This document shows, piece after piece, positions 58,792 to 64,000 of a stretch of 64,000 bases of DNA. The notes below the pieces were generated by a model, which saw only the letters and a list, made by a program, of their open reading frames with translations, did no database searches and was not told the DNA's origin. Positions within the stretch are counted from its first letter, which is position 1. The number at the start of each line of letters is the position of its first letter. Source of the stretch: Thermoplasmata archaeon (lineage in GTDB: Archaea; Thermoplasmatota; Thermoplasmata; Thermoplasmatales; ARK-15); assembly GCA_049967595.1 (NCBI GenBank), contig JBMFSK010000001.1, positions 543 through 64,542 on the forward strand. Reading direction: 5' to 3'. A program made the position numbers and the translations under genes.

Positions 58792-59610
58792 ATGCATTTA
58801 AAAATAGTTGTCCTGAATGATGATCTTTCACCAAAAGGTACGATGCACCTTGCACAGCATGGCGTTTCATATTACATTGATATAGAAAATGGTAGCGAAA
58901 GGGAAAGATTTCTTTTTGACACAGGTTCAAGCTATTTACCTATAAAATACAATGCATCCATTTCAGGGGTAAATTTGAATGAAATAAGCTCAATTATTAT
59001 TTCCCACTGCCACTACGATCACACAGGTGGACTTTATGACATAATAAAAGAGATTGATAAGAATGTATTTGCACATCCATCAATTTTTAGGGAAATTTTT
59101 TACCTCCCCTACAGATATATAGGAATGCCAAAAGAATTCAAAAATGATATCAAGAATTATAAGAATCTGGTTCTTGTAAAAGAACATATGAGGGTTTCAA
59201 AAAGCATCACCATGACAGGAGAAGTTCCAAGGGAAAATGATCTGGAGATACCGGAAAATATGTTTACAATTCAAAATGGACTGATTGTTAAAGATATAAT
59301 GTTAGATGATAATTCAATCTTCATTGACATAGGGGATTCAATATTCTTGGTTTCAGGATGCTCTCATGCCGGTATAGTAAATATAAAAAATTATGCTGAG
59401 AATTTATCAGGAAAAAATGTAAAATACATACTTGGTGGATTGCATCTTCTTAATGCTAGCAGGGAAAGAATTGATTTCACAATTAAAAATTTAGGGGATA
59501 CTGAGCTATTTTTAGGCCACTGTACAGGTGATGCAGCAATCCAGAAAATGAAAGATGCATTCGGTGATAAGGTGAAAAGAATATACAGCGGGTTTGAGGT
59601 GGAATTATGA
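58792..59610 (+). CDS. metallo-beta-lactamase-fold protein (COG1237-like)
   Basis: 'IIISHCHYDHTGG' (HxHxDH), 'SGCSHAG', 'GHCTG'. Confidence 0.7.
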   Translation: MHLKIVVLNDDLSPKGTMHLAQHGVSYYIDIENGSERERFLFDTGSSYLPIKYNASISGVNLNEISSIIISHCHYDHTGGLYDIIKEIDKNVFAHPSIFREIFYLPYRYIGMPKEFKNDIKNYKNLVLVKEHMRVSKSITMTGEVPRENDLEIPENMFTIQNGLIVKDIMLDDNSIFIDIGDSIFLVSGCSHAGIVNIKNYAENLSGKNVKYILGGLHLLNASRERIDFTIKNLGDTELFLGHCTGDAAIQKMKDAFGDKVKRIYSGFEVEL

Positions 59611-61091
59611 CACTTTACAGGACTCCAGCGTTAGGCACCAAGGGAATGGCTGTGACTGCCCATCCACTAGCCACATTTTCTGCAATGAATATTTTAAAAA
59701 AAGGAGGAAATGCTGTGGATGCTGCTTTAGCCGCCAGTGCAGTATTGTCTGTTGTTTTACCGAATCAAAATGGATTGGGGGGCGATCTTTTTGCTCTTTA
59801 TTATGATGGAAAAGAGGTAAAGGCTCTGAACGCCAGCGGATACGCCGGTTCTAACCTGAAGAATTTGTCAGGATTAAAAAATATGCCTGAAACAGGCCCA
59901 CTTACTATTACTGTTCCTGGCATAAGTTATGGATGGCACTTACTTTCAAAATATACAACATTTGAATTGAATGATCTTTTTTCAGATGCTATAAACTATG
60001 CAAAAAATGGATTTCCTCTCTCTTTGCATCTTGTTAAACAAATAATTAAAAACTATGAAAAAATATCCAAAAATGTTTTATTGAAGGAAAAATTCAAAGA
60101 TCCATATCTAGGAAAGATCATAAAGAATGAAGTTCTTGCCAGAACACTTGAAATTATTTCTGAAGACCCACTGAGCATGTATAAAGGCCATCTTTCTGAA
60201 AAAGTAGCCAATTTTTTGGAAAATGCTGGATCTACAATAACCTTGGAGGATTTGGAAGGTTACAGTGCATTTTTTGATGATCCACTTTGGATTGATTACA
60301 AAGGCAACAGAATATATGAAACACCACCTAATTCTCAGGGGGTAACATCACTTCTTATGCTTAAATATCTTGAAAATTACGATTTTTCCAAGATGAATGA
60401 TCCTGAAATAATTGAGAAAATAGTTAAAGCAAAGATTAATGCATTTTCAACCAGGGATAAATACGTTACCGATAAAAAATTCATGAATGTTGACGCTTTC
60501 AAATTATTACAGGACTCTAATTTGCCTGATGGAGATACTGTTTATTTTAATGTCATAGACAAAGATGGGAAAGCTTTATCCTGTATACAGAGCATATATC
60601 ATCCTTTTGGTTCCGGAGTTGTAGATACTGAAACAGGAATAATATACCAAAATAGAGGTTCTTATTTCTCCCTAAAAAATAAGAGCATAAATAAGATTGA
60701 ACCAAGAAAAAGAACGTTGCATACACTCATGGCTGGAATGTCTATTTCGGATGATGATTTTATTATTTTTGGTGCTGCAGGTGCTGAAGGACAGCCTCAA
60801 ACTCATGTTCAGATACTGATAAATATGCTAGAAAGAAAAATGAACGCTCAGGAAGCTGTTGAATATCCAAGGTTCATACATGGAAGATATCTGAATGATG
60901 ATGAAGATTCATTAAAGCTTGAAAGAAGGTTCAATTACAATACTGTACAGGAGCTTATTTCAAAGGGATTCAAAGTAAAGATTCTTGATGATCTTGATGA
61001 TGCAATGGGCGATGCCAATGTGATAATAAAGAATGTTTCTTTGGTTGGTGGTGCGGATCCAAGACGCGACAGTTATGGTTTAGGCTATTAA
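59607..61091 (+). CDS. ggt: gamma-glutamyltransferase-family Ntn hydrolase, no signal peptide
   Basis: 'GGNAVDAALAA', 'NGLGGDLF', nucleophile-Thr region 'DGDTVYFNV', 'PRKRTLHTL'. Confidence 0.85.
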   Translation: MTLYRTPALGTKGMAVTAHPLATFSAMNILKKGGNAVDAALAASAVLSVVLPNQNGLGGDLFALYYDGKEVKALNASGYAGSNLKNLSGLKNMPETGPLTITVPGISYGWHLLSKYTTFELNDLFSDAINYAKNGFPLSLHLVKQIIKNYEKISKNVLLKEKFKDPYLGKIIKNEVLARTLEIISEDPLSMYKGHLSEKVANFLENAGSTITLEDLEGYSAFFDDPLWIDYKGNRIYETPPNSQGVTSLLMLKYLENYDFSKMNDPEIIEKIVKAKINAFSTRDKYVTDKKFMNVDAFKLLQDSNLPDGDTVYFNVIDKDGKALSCIQSIYHPFGSGVVDTETGIIYQNRGSYFSLKNKSINKIEPRKRTLHTLMAGMSISDDDFIIFGAAGAEGQPQTHVQILINMLERKMNAQEAVEYPRFIHGRYLNDDEDSLKLERRFNYNTVQELISKGFKVKILDDLDDAMGDANVIIKNVSLVGGADPRRDSYGLGY

Positions 61092-61131
61092 ACCTTAACG
61101 ATTAAATAATACCCTTATAATCTCTTATTCT

Positions 61132-62127
61132 ATGAGTTCTTATAAAATTATTACCACAAGGACACCTCTTAGAATAACTTTCACCGGTGGTGGAACGGAT
61201 ATACCAGCATATTATAGAAAATATGGTCCCGGAGCTGTTGTTTCTGCTACGATAAACAAGTACATCTATGTTACCGTAGCTAAGAACTTTTACAGGGATG
61301 AAATTAGGGTAAGTTATTCAAAAACTGAGAATGCTATAAAGGATGTTGATAAGATTGAGCACCCAACTGTTAGGGAAGCTTTGAAGCTTCTTGATATAAA
61401 ATCTGGTATACAGATAGTGAGCATAACAGAAATACCTTCAAGAGGAACTGGCCTAGGGTCAAGCAGTTCGTTCTTGGTAGGATTGTTGAATGCATTACAC
61501 GCGTGGAAAGGTGAGGCTGTAAGCCCAAGACAACTAGCTGAAGAGGCAGTAAAGATAGAGAGAGAAATACTCAAGGAACCTGGAGGAAAACAGGACCAGT
61601 ACATGGCAGCATTCGGTGGTATTCAATTAATGGAATTCTTCCCTGATGAGAATGTGTCATTAAAAAAATTTCAATTAAAAAAATGTAACAAATCTTTTTT
61701 TAATGAAAATTTTATTTTGCTCTATACGGGCATAGAAAGGGATGGAACAAAAATTCATAGTGTTCAGAGAAATTATGTTGACAATAAATTAAAAGAATAT
61801 ACCGAAGCAAAGAATTTTGCATATAATTTATTCTCGAAATTTAAAAAGTGTGATTTTAATGATGTTGGAAAAATTATGCATGAGAACTGGATGCTAAAAA
61901 AAAATTTTAGTCCTGGCATCTCTAATGAAATTCTTGACAATATTTATGAACTTGCATTAAAATCTGGAGCAAGTGGAGGAAAGTTACAAGGTGCTGGAGG
62001 GGGAGGATTCTATTTGTTTCAAATAAAAGATAAGAAAAAGTTCATGGATCTTTTATCTGAATATATTACACTGGAATTCAAAATAGATGAATCAGGTTCT
62101 AAAATTACATATAAGGAGTTTGATTGA
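61132..62127 (+). CDS. hddA: GHMP-family sugar kinase, D-glycero-D-manno-heptose 7-phosphate kinase (HddA)-like
   Basis: 'TPLRITFTGGGTDIPAY', GHMP motif 'PSRGTGLGSSSSF', 'GKLQGAGGGGF'. Confidence 0.7.
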   Translation: MSSYKIITTRTPLRITFTGGGTDIPAYYRKYGPGAVVSATINKYIYVTVAKNFYRDEIRVSYSKTENAIKDVDKIEHPTVREALKLLDIKSGIQIVSITEIPSRGTGLGSSSSFLVGLLNALHAWKGEAVSPRQLAEEAVKIEREILKEPGGKQDQYMAAFGGIQLMEFFPDENVSLKKFQLKKCNKSFFNENFILLYTGIERDGTKIHSVQRNYVDNKLKEYTEAKNFAYNLFSKFKKCDFNDVGKIMHENWMLKKNFSPGISNEILDNIYELALKSGASGGKLQGAGGGGFYLFQIKDKKKFMDLLSEYITLEFKIDESGSKITYKEFD

Positions 62128-62162
62128 AAAAATTATTAATCTAAGATAAGATATTCTTTTGA

Positions 62163-63071
62163 ATGGTAAAAGGAGTTATATTTGCAGGTGGCTACGGAAA
62201 AAGGCTTAAACCTATTACGGATAAAATCCCAAAGACTTTAATTGAGATAAGAAAAGGATACACTATTCTTGATAGGCAGCTTCTAGATTTTAAATACGCG
62301 GGAATTGATGACATATACCTTCTTGTTGGATATAAACACCAAATAATTGAAAAAAGGTATGGCAAAACTTGGAAAGGCTTGAACTTACATTATCTTATTG
62401 AGAAAAAACCAATGGGTACTTTGTGGGCTATGAAAAATTGCTCTGATTATGTGAACGATAATATTGTTGTGAGAAACGGTGATACCATTTCCGATATTAA
62501 TTTAAAGGATTTTGCTCAATTTTCTGAGAGTAAGAATTATTATCTCACGATAGCATTGACAAAAATGAAAAGCCCTTATGCTATTATTAATATAAAAGAT
62601 GACCAAATCGTAAACTTTATTGAAAAACCTTTATTAAATTTGTATATAAATGCTGGTATTTATTACTTAAAAAAAGATTCATTTAAATATCTGAATGAAA
62701 AATATGATAACAAGGAAATTGAAAAAAGCTTCTTTCCAAAAATGGTGGATCTAGGTTTGGCAGGTTCTTATATTGATGATTCAAAATGGTTTCCGGTGGA
62801 TAATTTCAAGGATCTAGAAGAATTAAGAAAAGAATATATTGGAAGAAAAGACAGGGAATACGGATACATTAAAAAAATAAAAAATACTTATGAAATTTAC
62901 ATTAAGAAAAAATATGTGGCAAAAATTGGATTAAAAGGTAATTTCCATTTAATCAGGGGAAAAGGGATATTAAATAAAAATTTTGAAGTAGATCAGGGTT
63001 ATGCATTTTTATCAAAAGAAACATTTTCTTATTACGCTTTGGAAAATTCAATAATTGTTGTTAATAAATAG
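62163..63071 (+). CDS. hddC: sugar-1-phosphate nucleotidyltransferase, heptose-1-phosphate guanylyltransferase (HddC)-like, with C-terminal extension of about 70 aa
   Basis: 'GVIFAGGYGKRLKPITDKIPKTLI' NTP-transferase signature, 'VRNGDTISD', 'INAGIYY'. Confidence 0.65.
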   Translation: MVKGVIFAGGYGKRLKPITDKIPKTLIEIRKGYTILDRQLLDFKYAGIDDIYLLVGYKHQIIEKRYGKTWKGLNLHYLIEKKPMGTLWAMKNCSDYVNDNIVVRNGDTISDINLKDFAQFSESKNYYLTIALTKMKSPYAIINIKDDQIVNFIEKPLLNLYINAGIYYLKKDSFKYLNEKYDNKEIEKSFFPKMVDLGLAGSYIDDSKWFPVDNFKDLEELRKEYIGRKDREYGYIKKIKNTYEIYIKKKYVAKIGLKGNFHLIRGKGILNKNFEVDQGYAFLSKETFSYYALENSIIVVNK

Positions 63072-63073
63072 AT

Positions 63074-63520
63074 TCACCTTTCAATTATTTTATATTTGAT
63101 TCCAAACCTTCTTGCCATTTCGCCATCTATATCATCCCTGTCGCCAATCACTATTGAATTTTCAATATCGATGTTATAATCCTTAAAGGCCTTTTCAAGC
63201 ATTCCTGTGTTAGGTTTTCTGCAGTGGCAGTTATCCTCTGGTTTGTGAGGACAAAAATAGGTAGCAGTAACATGAACACCTCTTTTTTCCAATTCATTCA
63301 AGAGATTGTTATGAAAGTCCCAGAACTCTTCTAATGTGAAATAACCCCTCCCTATGCCTGATTGGTTTGTTATAATTATTATAAGATAACCTTCTTCCTG
63401 ATATTTTTTCATAATCTCTACTGCATCTTCATAAATGTAAAGATCTTCAATCTTGTGGCAGTAAGGGCAATCCCTGTTTATTGTTCCATCCCTGTCAATG
63501 AATAGAGCCTTATTTTTCAT
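63074..63520 (-). CDS. gmhB: D,D-heptose 1,7-bisphosphate phosphatase (HAD-IIIA, Zn-binding)
   Basis: 'LFIDRDGTIN', 'ITNQSGIGRGYF', 'FCPHKPEDNCHCRKP', 'IGDRDDID'. Confidence 0.8.
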   Translation of the reverse strand: MKNKALFIDRDGTINRDCPYCHKIEDLYIYEDAVEIMKKYQEEGYLIIIITNQSGIGRGYFTLEEFWDFHNNLLNELEKRGVHVTATYFCPHKPEDNCHCRKPNTGMLEKAFKDYNIDIENSIVIGDRDDIDGEMARRFGIKYKIIER

Positions 63521-63639
63521 TTATATTCTTAATAATCTGCCCCTATAAATATTTTCATTGCCTAAAATTTTATAACATTTGATTTAAGAGAAAATTCATC
63601 ACCAAAGATTTAATTATTGAATATTGATTTCTAATATGT

Positions 63640-64000
63640 ATGGAAATTGAAGAAATAAAACTATATCTGAAAGAAGGTGCGGGTGCACGAATTTCTCTGG
63701 ATGCTAAGAAAATAAAAAACATAGGAGAAGAGATATCTGAGTGCATAAAAGGGGGGAATAAAATTATTTTAATGGGCAATGGAGGCAGTGCAGCAGATGC
63801 TCAACATATTGCTGCTGAATTTGTTGGGAAGTTTGAACTTGAGAGAAAACCTTATCCTGCATTAGTCCTTCATGGAAATTCATCAACAATTACTGCAATT
63901 GGCAACGATTATGGTTTTGAAAAGGTTTTTGAAAGACAGTTAGAAGCATTTGCAAAGAAAGGTGATATTGTTATTGCATTGAGTACCAGTGGAAATTCAA
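63640..64000 (+). CDS. gmhA: phosphoheptose (sedoheptulose-7-phosphate) isomerase, SIS domain; truncated by the window end
   Basis: My own translation from ATG 63640 reads MEIEEIKLYLKEGAGARISLDAKKIKNIGEEISECIKGGNKIILMGNGGSAADAQHIAAEFVGKF...ALSTSGNS. It contains 'GNGGSAADAQHIAAEF' and 'STSGNS'. It is absent from the ORF track because there is no stop within the window. Confidence 0.8.
   Translation, partial: MEIEEIKLYLKEGAGARISLDAKKIKNIGEEISECIKGGNKIILMGNGGSAADAQHIAAEFVGKFELERKPYPALVLHGNSSTITAIGNDYGFEKVFERQLEAFAKKGDIVIALSTSGNS

Noticed and set aside
63570-63779. 69-aa minus-strand ORF from the ORF track
   Set aside because: It overlaps the plus-strand frame that encodes an unmistakable GmhA/SIS N-terminus ('GNGGSAADAQHIAAEF'). 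That gene is missing from the track only because it runs off the window.

Overview
This is an AT-rich (by eye about one-third G+C), very gene-dense archaeal chromosome segment. By my calls it holds about 70 CDS, one complete tRNA-Leu(CAG) and one tRNA fragment cut by the window edge. Summing the gaps between my calls gives only about 2.2 kb (3-4%) of non-coding sequence.

Archaeal hallmarks include RNase P Rpp21, aIF2-beta, split transketolase, a CTP-type riboflavin kinase fused to a wHTH, archaeal-type PPAT, a FlaI-like ATPase and the siroheme-dependent (Ahb) heme pathway. These occur together with DnaK/DnaJ/GrpE, a signal-peptide-less gamma-glutamyltransferase, a Thermoplasma-like phosphoglycolate phosphatase and thiolase/Hbd/acyl-CoA dehydrogenase genes. 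From this I infer, but cannot prove, a heterotrophic Thermoplasmata (Thermoplasmatales-like) host.

The content is mostly housekeeping: heme synthesis, glycine cleavage P protein, the non-oxidative pentose phosphate branch, LeuRS/ValRS, pyrBI, fumarase and a chaperone operon. I found no CRISPR array, transposase, integrase, prophage or recognisable defence island, so I cannot point to a clear-cut novel system.

The items most worth a second look are:
- an AcnX (DUF521 + DUF126) pair whose small subunit is fused to a Nudix domain
- a four-gene NDP-heptose pathway (gmhA/hddA/gmhB/hddC-like)
- the whole Glu-tRNA-to-heme-b pathway in two divergent operons with a centred inverted repeat between their TATA boxes
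- a HerA-like ATPase translationally coupled to a DUF357 protein
- a ValRS-like enzyme with a degenerate KMSKS loop (PMHAS)
- aIF2-beta-TRAM and PPAT-NTPase fusions
- the absence of any spacer at all 14 convergent gene junctions

All family assignments come from motif recognition by eye. No database search was run.
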